Shown: positions 19,297-28,057 of the stretch, piece after piece
How positions within the stretch are numbered: position 1 is the stretch's first letter
Layout: the number at the start of each line of letters is the position of its first letter
From: Xylanibacter ruminicola 23
Lineage (GTDB): Bacteria; Bacteroidota; Bacteroidia; Bacteroidales; Bacteroidaceae
Length of the DNA stretch: 32,000 nucleotides
Reading direction: 5' to 3'
NCBI RefSeq assembly: GCF_000025925.1
Contig: NC_014033.1
Location: 30,001-62,000 of the forward strand
The notes under the pieces: generated by a model
Told to the model about the DNA's origin: nothing
The model's input: the letters and a program-made list of their open reading frames with translations, nothing else
Database searches by the model: none
Made by a program: the position numbers and the translations under genes

Positions 19297-21487
19297 CGCG
19301 TGTACTTATTATAATATGTCCACCTTGTTTCAGACTGCCGAACAGTATCTCGCGCATGAGTAGCGGTTTCAGTCGCTGGGCTATCACGCGGTCCATCTCG
19401 CGGGCACCGTATTCGTGGGTGTAGCCCTCGTCAAGCAGCAGCTTAAAGGCCTCGTCGCTCAGTGTCATCTCTACTTGTTTCGCGGTCAGTTTGTCCTGCA
19501 ACTCGCTTAACTTCTTCTTTAGGATGAGTGTGGCCATCTCGTGATCCATATCGTTGAACACTACCGTGCCCGACAGGCGGTTGATGAATTCGGGCTTGAA
19601 TGTTTTCTTTACCTGTTTCAACATGGCCTCGCCGCGCGATGTGTTACCTGTAAAGCCTATGTTGGCTTGTGCAGCATATTGGGCACCTGCGTTCGAGGTC
19701 ATAATCAGTATCACGTTGCGGAAGTCGGCCTTGCGCCCTTTGTTGTCGGTCAAGCGTGCATAGTCCATTACCTGCAGCAGGATATTATAGATGTCCTGAT
19801 GCGCTTTTTCTATCTCGTCGAGTAGTAACACGCAGTTAGGTGTTTTGCGGATGGCATCGGTAAGTAGTCCGCCATCCTCGTAGCCTATATAGCCTGCAGG
19901 CGAGCCTATCAGCTTGGCAACGGTGTGCTTCTCGGTATATTCACTCATATCGAAACGTAGCAACGCTATGCCAAGCTCTTTGGCCAGCACGCGTGCCACC
20001 TCTGTTTTGCCCACACCTGTGGGACCAACAAACAATAGTGATGCCAGCGGCTTATTGTCATCAAGCAGTCCGGCTTTCGACATCTGTACAGCTTCTACTA
20101 CCTGACGGATAGCCTCGTCCTGTCCGTATATCTTCTGGAGCAGACGTGGGGCCAGTGTTTCCAGTTGAGCGTTATCGTCATCGCTGTTCATAGCCATAGT
20201 GTCTACCTTGCAGGTTTTTGCCAGTACATCGGCAATATCGACTTTGTTGACGTTTGCAGGTTGTGCGCCATCTTTAAGCTCTGCTGCAGCTCCTGCTTCG
20301 TCTATCAAGTCGATGGCTTTATCGGGTAGAAAACGGTCGTTTACGTATTTATAGCTGGCATCAACGGCAAAGTCGAGTGCCGCCTCGTCGTATGTGACGT
20401 GATGGAAACTCTCGTATTGCGAGCGTAACTGGCGCACGATGTGCTTGGTTTCTTCGGGTGTTGGCTCGGGAATGTCGATTTGCTGGAAACGGCGCACCAG
20501 ACCTTTTGAACGGGCAAAGTGACGGTTGTACTCTTCGTAGGTTGTCGATCCGATAAAACGGATGCCGCCAGCTTCTAAGTAAGGTTTCAGCATGTTCGAA
20601 GCATCCATGGCGCCCTCGCCGGTGGCACCTGCGCCTACCAGCGTATGTATCTCGTCGATGTAAACGATGTTTTTGTCGCTTTCCTCTTGTATGCCCTCCA
20701 TTATTTGCTTAATGCGGTTCTCAAAGTCGCCGCGATACTGAGTGCCTGCCAACAGTGTGCCCAGGTCAAGCTGGTATATCTTGCTGCCTTTCAGGCGTTC
20801 AGGTAGGTTCTGGTCCTCCTCAATCATGCGTGCAAGTCCCCAAACTAGGGCTGTTTTGCCTACACCGGGTTCGCCCACGTGCAGCGGGTTGTTTTTGTCA
20901 CGTCGACAAAGTACTTGTATAGTACGCTGCAACTCCTGCTCGCAACCAATCAGTGGGTTGTGCTGTTGGTACAGTGTGTTCATACAGGTAACCAGTCGGC
21001 GCCAGGCTTCCTGGCCCTTTTGCTGGTCGCCTGTGCCCAGTTGGTCGGCTAACTCGTAGGCGCTAATCAGGTCGCTCATAAAGTTGCTTTCATTATCGCC
21101 TAACGCATCTTTCAGTAGGTAACAGGCCCAAGATTCTGGTAGATTAAGTAACCCCATCACCAAGTGAGGAACATCGAGTGCTGTTGCACTGCTATTGATG
21201 ATTTGCGCGCAGGCAAACTCTATCAGTTGTCCCATTTGTGTCGATGCTTCGGGTTCGTAATCTATGTCTTCGGGTACGGTCTCTACTTCGTCTAACTTGT
21301 TTTCTATTCGCTCCTGAAACAGGTTGGCTGAATAGTAGCTGTCGAGTGTGTTGTAAAACTCATTGTCGTCCATCATTACCAACAGCAGGTGCTCGGGCAT
21401 GATAAACTCATGTCGGTACTCTTTGCAGCACTTCATAGTATCGCTGAGCATCCTGGCGGCGCGTTTGGTTTGCTTTATCTCTGCCAT
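19274..21487 (-). CDS. clpA: ATP-dependent Clp protease ATP-binding subunit ClpA
   Basis: 737 aa with a Clp_N repeat and two AAA+ modules (GEPGVGKTA and GPTGVGKTE Walker A motifs). There is no long middle coiled-coil, so I call it ClpA rather than ClpB/ClpC. It is preceded by clpS. Confidence 0.95.
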   Translation of the reverse strand: MAEIKQTKRAARMLSDTMKCCKEYRHEFIMPEHLLLVMMDDNEFYNTLDSYYSANLFQERIENKLDEVETVPEDIDYEPEASTQMGQLIEFACAQIINSSATALDVPHLVMGLLNLPESWACYLLKDALGDNESNFMSDLISAYELADQLGTGDQQKGQEAWRRLVTCMNTLYQQHNPLIGCEQELQRTIQVLCRRDKNNPLHVGEPGVGKTALVWGLARMIEEDQNLPERLKGSKIYQLDLGTLLAGTQYRGDFENRIKQIMEGIQEESDKNIVYIDEIHTLVGAGATGEGAMDASNMLKPYLEAGGIRFIGSTTYEEYNRHFARSKGLVRRFQQIDIPEPTPEETKHIVRQLRSQYESFHHVTYDEAALDFAVDASYKYVNDRFLPDKAIDLIDEAGAAAELKDGAQPANVNKVDIADVLAKTCKVDTMAMNSDDDNAQLETLAPRLLQKIYGQDEAIRQVVEAVQMSKAGLLDDNKPLASLLFVGPTGVGKTEVARVLAKELGIALLRFDMSEYTEKHTVAKLIGSPAGYIGYEDGGLLTDAIRKTPNCVLLLDEIEKAHQDIYNILLQVMDYARLTDNKGRKADFRNVILIMTSNAGAQYAAQANIGFTGNTSRGEAMLKQVKKTFKPEFINRLSGTVVFNDMDHEMATLILKKKLSELQDKLTAKQVEMTLSDEAFKLLLDEGYTHEYGAREMDRVIAQRLKPLLMREILFGSLKQGGHIIISTRDGSLSIG

Positions 21488-21489
21488 AG

Positions 21490-21795
21490 TTATTCCTCTG
21501 GTTCAACAGTTAAACGGAGGGGAAATCCCTCTTCACGGGCCATGTTGGTGGCTTTACGCACCTTCGATGTGGCAACGTCATAGCTATAGATACCCACCAC
21601 TGCTTTGTCGCTATGGTGTACCTGCAGCATGAGTGCCTCGGCCTCTGTCTCACTTTTAAAAAACACTTGTGTAAGTATCTTCACCACAAATTCCATCGTG
21701 GTAAAATCGTCGTTGTATATTGTTACTTTGTATCGTCGCGGCTCGCGCAGGTTGGTGTGCTGCCGCTCTTTTGTTGCCGATTGTTCTTTTGCCAT
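21490..21795 (-). CDS. clpS: ATP-dependent Clp protease adaptor ClpS
   Basis: 101 aa. The ClpS core is YKVTIYNDDFTTMEFVVKILTQVF...EAEALMLQVHHSDKAVVG. The stop lies 2 nt before the clpA start. Confidence 0.95.
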   Translation of the reverse strand: MAKEQSATKERQHTNLREPRRYKVTIYNDDFTTMEFVVKILTQVFFKSETEAEALMLQVHHSDKAVVGIYSYDVATSKVRKATNMAREEGFPLRLTVEPEE

Positions 21796-21823
21796 ATTTC
21801 GATTTTCGTTTTAAAAATCGTGG

Positions 21824-21831
21824 CAAAGATA
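21824..21831 (-). promoter_or_regulatory. -7 promoter box (TATCTTTG on the minus strand) for clpS-clpA-aat
   Basis: CAAAGATA on the plus strand, 28 nt upstream of the clpS ATG. Confidence 0.55.
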
Positions 21832-21880
21832 CATTTTTTAGCTGAATTAAGCAAGAAAAACGCTGTAAAATGCTTATAAT

Positions 21881-21910
21881 AAAAAAATCGCTAAGTTCAA
21901 AACTTAGCGA
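21881..21910 (-). terminator. intrinsic terminator after tRNA-Gln
   Basis: Perfect 10-bp stem TCGCTAAGTT / AACTTAGCGA with a 3-nt loop, followed by U7 on the minus strand (plus-strand A-run 21881-21887). Confidence 0.85.
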
Positions 21911-21919
21911 CCTTTTTAG

Positions 21920-21990
21920 TTGGGGTACCCGGACTCGAACCAGGAAAGGCAGGACCAGAATCTGCAGTGTTACCATTACACCATACCCCA
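21920..21990 (-). tRNA. tRNA-Gln (anticodon CTG)
   Basis: 71 nt, folded by hand: acceptor TGGGGTA/TACCCCA, D stem GTGT/ACAC, anticodon loop TTCTGGT, T arm CCTGG-TTCGAGT-CCGGG. The layout closely parallels E. coli tRNA-Gln. There is one A-C mismatch at the base of the anticodon stem. Confidence 0.88.
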
Positions 21991-22033
21991 AAATGTTTTT
22001 GCTTAAGAACTCTCTTGTTCTGTTTTGCGGGTG

Positions 22034-22041
22034 CAAAGGTA
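22034..22041 (-). promoter_or_regulatory. -7 promoter box (TACCTTTG on the minus strand) for tRNA-Gln
   Basis: CAAAGGTA on the plus strand, 43 nt upstream of the tRNA 5' end. Confidence 0.5.
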
Positions 22042-22134
22042 CTACTTTTTCTTGAACTACCAAAATTTTTTGGGGAAAAATTATAAAAAACCGCAAATTT
22101 TTCACTTTTTCTTTGTTTTTTGGGCAATTTACAC

Positions 22135-22142
22135 TACCTTTG
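22135..22142 (+). promoter_or_regulatory. -7 promoter box TACCTTTG for rsfS-ftsH-cdsA
   Basis: TAnnTTTG, 24 nt upstream of the rsfS ATG. Confidence 0.55.
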
Positions 22143-22166
22143 TGCACAAATAATAGCAAATTTTGA

Positions 22167-22517
22167 ATGATACAACTTGTAGAAACAATTAAAGACGCGA
22201 TTCAGGAGAAGAAGGGCTGCGATATTGTAGTGGCCGACCTGACTAAAATAGAAGGAACCATCTGTCAGTATTTCATTATCTGCACTGGCAACTCGCCCAC
22301 GCAGGTCGAGGCTATTGCTGAGTCGGTGGGGGATATGGTGCGCGAACAGTTAAGCGAGAAACCTGCACACGTAGTAGGACTTGAAAACGCTCAGTGGGTG
22401 GCTATGGATTATACTGACGTATTGGTACACATTTTCTTGCCCGATGTGCGCGAGTATTACGATTTGGAACATCTGTGGGAAGATGCACCTCTGACTCGTA
22501 TTCCAGATTTAGACTAA
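22167..22517 (+). CDS. rsfS: ribosome silencing factor RsfS
   Basis: 116 aa with RsfS/iojap-like motifs (YFIICTGNSPTQVEAIAESV, WVAMDYTDVLVHIF, YDLEHLW). Confidence 0.92.
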   Translation: MIQLVETIKDAIQEKKGCDIVVADLTKIEGTICQYFIICTGNSPTQVEAIAESVGDMVREQLSEKPAHVVGLENAQWVAMDYTDVLVHIFLPDVREYYDLEHLWEDAPLTRIPDLD

Positions 22518-22535
22518 TATATATATAATAGGTAT

Positions 22536-24608
22536 ATGGAGAATAATCAAAAACCAAACAATAATAACGGTGCTAACGGTCCTAAGATGAATATGCCCAA
22601 GTTCAACATGAACTGGATATATTTCATCGCTATTCTGGCTTTAGGACTGCTTTACTTTACCAGTGGTGGTGCCGAAAATAGTAGCGTAGCAAAAACCGCA
22701 TCGTATAGCGAGTTCAAAACTATGGTTGAGCGTGGCTATGCCAAAAAGATTGTGGTAAACAAGGCCCAGAGCATGCTACGTATGTATGTAAAGCCCGAAC
22801 ATATCCGTGATGTGTTCCACCAGGGAACGCAGCAAACGGGTGTTGAGCCTTATCTGGAGGTAGAATTCGGTAGCGTAGATCAGGTTGAGCAGTTTGTAGC
22901 CAAGGCTAAGGATGAAAAGGTGTTTACCGGTGATCTGGCTTTCGATAATAAACGTGATAACGAGTTCTTATCGCTGATTCTATCTAACCTCATTCCTATT
23001 TTATTTATAGTAGGATTGTGGATATTCCTGATGCGTCGCATGGGCGGCGGAGGCGGCGGCGTTGGTGGCGGTGTCTTCAACGTAGGCAAGAGCAAAGCAA
23101 AGATGTATGAGAAGGGTGGTGAGTTAGGCATCACGTTTAAGGATGTTGCCGGACAAGCTGGTGCCAAACAAGAGATACAGGAGATTGTTGACTTCCTGAA
23201 GAATCCACAGAAATATACCGACTTGGGAGGTAAGATACCCAAGGGAGCCCTGCTGGTCGGTCCTCCGGGAACAGGTAAAACCCTGTTAGCTAAGGCTGTA
23301 GCAGGCGAGGCTGGTGTGCCTTTCTTCTCAATGAGTGGTTCTGACTTTGTAGAGATGTTTGTGGGTGTTGGTGCCAGTCGTGTACGCGATTTGTTCCAGC
23401 AGGCCAAAACAAAGAGTCCTTGTATCATCTTCATCGATGAGATTGATGCTGTGGGACGTGCTCGTTCAAAGAATCCTGCCATGGGCGGTAACGATGAGCG
23501 CGAGAATACGCTGAATGCCCTGTTGACTGAGATGGACGGATTCGGTACAAATAGCGGTGTTATTATTCTGGCTGCTACCAACCGTGCCGATATGCTTGAT
23601 TCAGCTCTGCTGCGTGCAGGACGCTTCGATCGTCAGATACACGTTGATTTGCCTGATCTGAACGAGCGTAAGGAGGTATTTAAGGTACACCTGAAGCCTG
23701 TGAAGATTGACGAAAGCGTAGATATCGACTTCCTGGCTCGCCAAACACCAGGCTTCTCGGGTGCTGATATTGCCAATGTTTGTAATGAGGCTGCGCTGAT
23801 TGCGGCCCGTCATAATAGTCAGACTGTAACGAAGCAGGACTTCCTGGATGCCGTTGACCGTATTATTGGCGGACTTGAAAAGAAGACCAAGGTGATGACA
23901 CAGGCCGAGAAACGCTCGATAGCTATTCACGAGGCTGGGCATGCTACCATCTCATGGTTTACCGAGTTTGCCAACCCATTGGTTAAGGTTTCTATCGTGC
24001 CACGTGGACAGGCCCTTGGTGCTGCCTGGTATCTGCCTGAGGAGCGCGTGCTGCAAACCAAGGAGGCGATGCTGGATGAGATGTGTTCGCTGTTGGGTGG
24101 TCGCGCAGCCGAAGAGCTGTTTGTGGGTCATATCTCGACAGGTGCTATGAACGACCTTGAGCGCACTACCAAGCAGGCTTACGGCATGATTGCTTATGCT
24201 GGTATGAGCGAAAAACTGCCTAACGTGTGTTATTATAATAATGCAGAGTATCAGTTCCAGAGACCTTATTCGGAAACCACGGCAAAGATTATGGACGATG
24301 AGGTGCTGCGTATGATAAATGAGCAATACGAGCGTGCCAAGCGGATACTTACCGAGCATAAGGAGGGACATGCCCAGCTGGCTCAGTTGCTGATAGATCG
24401 TGAGGTGATTTTTGCCGAGGATGTAGAGAAAATCTTTGGTAAGCGTCCCTGGACCAGTCGTGCAGAGGAGTTGCTTGAAGCCCAGATGAAAGCCGATGCT
24501 GAGCGTATGGCTGAAGAGCGTGCCAAGGAGCTCGAAGCAGAAGCAAAGGCTGCTGAGCAGAAAGCATTAGAGAGTAAACCCGAAGAAAAGGAGGATAAGG
24601 ATGCGTAA
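22536..24608 (+). CDS. ftsH: ATP-dependent zinc metalloprotease FtsH
   Basis: 690 aa with two TM segments, Walker A GPPGTGKT, Walker [10 protein letters not shown], an SRH region, the zinc site HEAGHA, and a Lys/Glu-rich C-terminal tail. Confidence 0.97.
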   Translation: MENNQKPNNNNGANGPKMNMPKFNMNWIYFIAILALGLLYFTSGGAENSSVAKTASYSEFKTMVERGYAKKIVVNKAQSMLRMYVKPEHIRDVFHQGTQQTGVEPYLEVEFGSVDQVEQFVAKAKDEKVFTGDLAFDNKRDNEFLSLILSNLIPILFIVGLWIFLMRRMGGGGGGVGGGVFNVGKSKAKMYEKGGELGITFKDVAGQAGAKQEIQEIVDFLKNPQKYTDLGGKIPKGALLVGPPGTGKTLLAKAVAGEAGVPFFSMSGSDFVEMFVGVGASRVRDLFQQAKTKSPCIIFIDEIDAVGRARSKNPAMGGNDERENTLNALLTEMDGFGTNSGVIILAATNRADMLDSALLRAGRFDRQIHVDLPDLNERKEVFKVHLKPVKIDESVDIDFLARQTPGFSGADIANVCNEAALIAARHNSQTVTKQDFLDAVDRIIGGLEKKTKVMTQAEKRSIAIHEAGHATISWFTEFANPLVKVSIVPRGQALGAAWYLPEERVLQTKEAMLDEMCSLLGGRAAEELFVGHISTGAMNDLERTTKQAYGMIAYAGMSEKLPNVCYYNNAEYQFQRPYSETTAKIMDDEVLRMINEQYERAKRILTEHKEGHAQLAQLLIDREVIFAEDVEKIFGKRPWTSRAEELLEAQMKADAERMAEERAKELEAEAKAAEQKALESKPEEKEDKDA

Positions 24609-25452
24609 TTTTATTGTTAGAGCTATTACTGGCGTGCTGTTTGTTGCCGTGCTGGTGTGCAGCTTTTTGCGTCCGCAGGCAATGGTGCTGCTGTTTGCGC
24701 TGATTACAGGACTGACCATTTGGGAGTTTACCGGATTGGTTAACGAACGTGCGCAGGTGACGGTTAACCGCATGATATCTACTGTGGCAGGTGTATATCT
24801 CTTTTTTGCCATGGCAGGTTTCTGCAGCGAGCTTACCCCATCTGCTGTGTTCATCCCTTACCTTGTGTCTATCATCTATCTGATGGTGGCTGAGCTGTAC
24901 CTGAAGAACGAGGATCCCATACATGATTGGGCCTATACCATGATGGCTCAGTTGTATATCGCCCTGCCGTTCTCGCTGCTTAATACGCTGGCATTCCACG
25001 CTGCGCCTCAGGGATTTGTGGCTTATGATGCTGTGTTGCCCTTGTCGGTTTTCGTGTTCCTGTGGATGAACGATACAGGAGCGTACCTCTGTGGATCGCT
25101 GTTGGGCAAACATAAACTCTTCCCCCGCATTTCGCCAGGAAAGAGTTGGGAAGGCAGCATCGGTGGTGGTATCTTAGTGATAGCCGTTGCCGTGCTGGTA
25201 TGGTATCTTACCGATGAGTATCAGCTTAACCAGTTAGGACTGACCGCTGTTGAGTGGGCTGGATTGGGACTCACCGTAGTTATCTTTGGTACCTGGGGCG
25301 ATCTGGTGGAGAGCTTGTTTAAGCGCACCATCGGTATTAAGGATAGCGGTAACATACTGCCCGGACATGGTGGCATGCTTGATCGTTTCGATTCGTCGCT
25401 GCTGGCCATCCCCGCTGCAGTAGTTTACCTCTACACCATTATGCTACTTTGA
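24601..25452 (+). CDS. cdsA: phosphatidate cytidylyltransferase (CDP-diglyceride synthase)
   Basis: 283-aa membrane protein with the CdsA signature SPGKSWEGSIGG...KDSGNILPGHGGMLDRFDS. It overlaps the ftsH stop by 8 nt. Confidence 0.93.
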   Translation: MRNFIVRAITGVLFVAVLVCSFLRPQAMVLLFALITGLTIWEFTGLVNERAQVTVNRMISTVAGVYLFFAMAGFCSELTPSAVFIPYLVSIIYLMVAELYLKNEDPIHDWAYTMMAQLYIALPFSLLNTLAFHAAPQGFVAYDAVLPLSVFVFLWMNDTGAYLCGSLLGKHKLFPRISPGKSWEGSIGGGILVIAVAVLVWYLTDEYQLNQLGLTAVEWAGLGLTVVIFGTWGDLVESLFKRTIGIKDSGNILPGHGGMLDRFDSSLLAIPAAVVYLYTIMLL

Positions 25453-25914
25453 TTGATAAAGTACACTTAAAGTTGGCTTATATGTATTTTCGAGGGTAAG
25501 GGTGATGAAACCACCTTTATCCTCGAATTTTGCGATACGGTGGTCTTTTCCATCCTTCAGCATGTTAGGCCAAGCGCCCAGTTGCTCCTCGAATGCATCG
25601 TGCATCTGCTGCCACATTTTTCGGGTGCTATCGTTGGTAGAGATGGTGTAGTTCTCCTGCAGTGCAACCAACGTATCGTTACGCTGAGCTAACATCAGAC
25701 GGTAGTTAAGGTTGGGGTGATACATCGATACACGGGCAAAATCAGAGTCGGTCTTGGCTGAATCGATAGCAAAACCACGAGCAGCGAGCGAGTCGCAGAA
25801 GGTTTTGAAGGGCATACCCATTGAGAGTCCACGATAGTCGAGATACTTTTTCTCGCCATTTCCACAAGCACAGAGTGCTGCAATAGCCACTACGGCAATA
25901 AATAATTTCTTCAT
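25444..25914 (-). CDS. hypothetical lipoprotein
   Basis: 156 aa with a signal peptide and lipobox (AIAALCAC-G). I recognise no family. Its 3' end overlaps the cdsA 3' end convergently by 9 nt. Confidence 0.75.
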   Translation of the reverse strand: MKKLFIAVVAIAALCACGNGEKKYLDYRGLSMGMPFKTFCDSLAARGFAIDSAKTDSDFARVSMYHPNLNYRLMLAQRNDTLVALQENYTISTNDSTRKMWQQMHDAFEEQLGAWPNMLKDGKDHRIAKFEDKGGFITLTLENTYKPTLSVLYQSK

Positions 25915-25944
25915 AACAAATTAGTTTTTTGTAATATTCGGTGG

Positions 25945-25952
25945 CAAAGATA
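25945..25952 (-). promoter_or_regulatory. -7 promoter box (TATCTTTG on the minus strand) for the 156-aa lipoprotein gene
   Basis: CAAAGATA on the plus strand, 30 nt upstream of the ATG at 25914. Confidence 0.5.
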
Positions 25953-25985
25953 GATATTTTTTTTGGAGTTTCCAAAAAAATCTAT

Positions 25986-25993
25986 TAACTTTG
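25986..25993 (+). promoter_or_regulatory. -7 promoter box TAACTTTG for the TonB-dependent receptor operon
   Basis: Exact TAnnTTTG, only 4 nt upstream of the ATG at 25998. Confidence 0.5.
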
Positions 25994-25997
25994 CAAC

Positions 25998-28052
25998 ATG
26001 TTTCTATCAACATTACTACTTACGGCACTTGTTGCCATGCCTATAACACCCGATACCCTGCGACAGGAACAGCTTGATGAGGTGGTGGTGAAGTCGAACT
26101 CGGCTCGCCAGCGTCTGCGTCAGATACAGACTGGTGCTGAGCAGGTGCAACTGAAGGACCTTACTAACTCGCCGCAACTGTTTGGCGAACATGATATTAT
26201 GCGCTCTATGCAGCTGCTTACAGGTGTAAAGAGCGAGAGTGATGCATCTAGCAGTTTCCAGGTGCGAGGTGGTACATCGGCCCAAAACCAGATACTGGTT
26301 GATATTGCTCCTGTATATAATGTGGGGCACCTGGCTGGATTGTTTTCGGCCTTTAATAGCGATGCACTTGTGTCGGCTACGCTCTATAAAGGTTTGCTGC
26401 CAGCACAGTACGGTGGCGCCTCGAGTGCGGTGCTTGATATTATCGGAAAAACAGGTAACAAGAGCGAGTACCACGGTGGCGCCAGTATCGGACTCCTTTC
26501 AGCAAAGGGTACCATCGAAGGCCCGATTGTGAAGAATAAGGCCGCCTTTTTAGTTACGGCACGCCGTTCGTATATGGACATGTTTCTGAAACTATCGCCC
26601 GATTTTAAAGGTAATACTTTGTATTTCTACGATATCAACGCCAAGGCTGACTGGACCATTAACGAGAACAACCAACTGTTTCTGAGTTTCTTTACAGGTC
26701 ACGACCGTACGGCACTTGAGGATATGGTTGACATCCGTTGGAACAACCTTTCAACCAGTTTAAAGTGGTTGCACCATTTTGGCAGTAATGCCTATGCTCA
26801 GTCGACGGCTTACTACAGCGGCTATCAGACGGATAATGGTATTGATTTTCTGGGTATGAATATCTGGTTCTCTGGTCATATCCGTCAGACAGGTTTCCGA
26901 CAGGATTTCCATGCCAATCTGGGAAAGTATAGGCTAGATGCTGGTTTGCAAACGGCTTTGCTTAATGTGAAGTCGGCCGAGTGGAAACAGGTGTCGTTGC
27001 ACGAGAAGGAACAGCGCCGTGCCTGGGATAATGCATTTTGGCTGAACCTGATGGTGCCCATCACCAAAAAACTTGATGTTTCGGCCGGTCTGCGTGTGAG
27101 TGCCTTCTCGCCTTTGGGTGGTTCGTTGTATTACGATCTGGAAGATAATGGCGACATAGCTTGGTACTACAACTATGGTAAGAACCAGATAGTTAAAACC
27201 CACACAGTGCTTGAGCCCCGACTCTCTGTTAACTATCAACTATCACCTGTTGCCTCTCTTAAGTTCGGTTACACCCGTACTTCGCAGAATGTGCATGCCT
27301 TACGCAACCAGAGCACTGCAACACCCTTCGACCGTTACACCATGAGCAGTAACATTGTTAAGCCCGAGGTGGCCGACCAAGTGAGTGCAGGCTTGTTTAT
27401 GATGACGCCCAATCAGGATTACGACTTCTCGGCCGAGGTTTACTATCGTCATATTAATAATGTGTTAGACTATCGCGATGGCAAATCGTTTGCCAGTGAG
27501 ATAGAAATTGAGCGCTTGATGCTGGCGGGTAAGGGCAAGGGCTACGGTATAGAGCTGAGTGCCCGAAAGAACAACGGCAGACTGACGGGATGGATTGGTT
27601 ACACGCTTTCGTGGTCGAAAACCAAGATTGATGGTATAAATCAGGGACGCTGGTACGATGCTAACAACGATCGCCGTCATGACATCAACATCGTGGCTAT
27701 GTATCACCTGAATAAGCGTTGGAACCTGAGTGCCTCGTGGGTATATAACAGTGGTCAGGCTTTCACAGCCCCCAGTGGAAAGTATATGATTGAGGACAAC
27801 TGGATATATTACTACACCGAGCGTAATGGTTATCGCGCACCAGCCTCGCATCATCTGGATGTAAGTGCTGTGTGGAGCAAGAAATACAGAAATCGCACCC
27901 ATCAGCTGGTGTTCGGTATCTACAATCTGTATAACCGCTACAACCCCTTCCTCATTAACTTTGAGGATGGTGAGTATGGTGCAGGCACCAAGGCCAAGCA
28001 GTATTCGTTGTTCGGCATTGTACCATCGGTATCGTTTAATATTAATTTCTGA
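25998..28052 (+). CDS. TonB-dependent outer-membrane receptor (plug + beta-barrel), short N-terminus
   Basis: 684 aa. The plug region has LDEVVVKS... and FQVRGGTSAQNQILVDIAPVYN. The barrel shows an alternating pattern and the C-terminus is aromatic (SFNINF). It is followed by a DUF4249 partner. Confidence 0.88.
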   Translation: MFLSTLLLTALVAMPITPDTLRQEQLDEVVVKSNSARQRLRQIQTGAEQVQLKDLTNSPQLFGEHDIMRSMQLLTGVKSESDASSSFQVRGGTSAQNQILVDIAPVYNVGHLAGLFSAFNSDALVSATLYKGLLPAQYGGASSAVLDIIGKTGNKSEYHGGASIGLLSAKGTIEGPIVKNKAAFLVTARRSYMDMFLKLSPDFKGNTLYFYDINAKADWTINENNQLFLSFFTGHDRTALEDMVDIRWNNLSTSLKWLHHFGSNAYAQSTAYYSGYQTDNGIDFLGMNIWFSGHIRQTGFRQDFHANLGKYRLDAGLQTALLNVKSAEWKQVSLHEKEQRRAWDNAFWLNLMVPITKKLDVSAGLRVSAFSPLGGSLYYDLEDNGDIAWYYNYGKNQIVKTHTVLEPRLSVNYQLSPVASLKFGYTRTSQNVHALRNQSTATPFDRYTMSSNIVKPEVADQVSAGLFMMTPNQDYDFSAEVYYRHINNVLDYRDGKSFASEIEIERLMLAGKGKGYGIELSARKNNGRLTGWIGYTLSWSKTKIDGINQGRWYDANNDRRHDINIVAMYHLNKRWNLSASWVYNSGQAFTAPSGKYMIEDNWIYYYTERNGYRAPASHHLDVSAVWSKKYRNRTHQLVFGIYNLYNRYNPFLINFEDGEYGAGTKAKQYSLFGIVPSVSFNINF

Positions 28053-28057
28053 TAGCT

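Noticed and set aside
21656-22159. A 167-aa minus-strand ORF (and the 76-aa ORF at 21897-22127) spanning the clpS start, the tRNA-Gln gene and its promoter.
   Set aside because: It overlaps a well-folded tRNA, its terminator and two promoters. The translation has no features. It is spurious.
23041-23072. A GGC/GGT simple-sequence repeat.
   Set aside because: It encodes the Gly-rich linker ([10 protein letters not shown]) that follows TM2 in FtsH. It is in frame, and such a linker is a normal feature of FtsH proteins as far as I recall.
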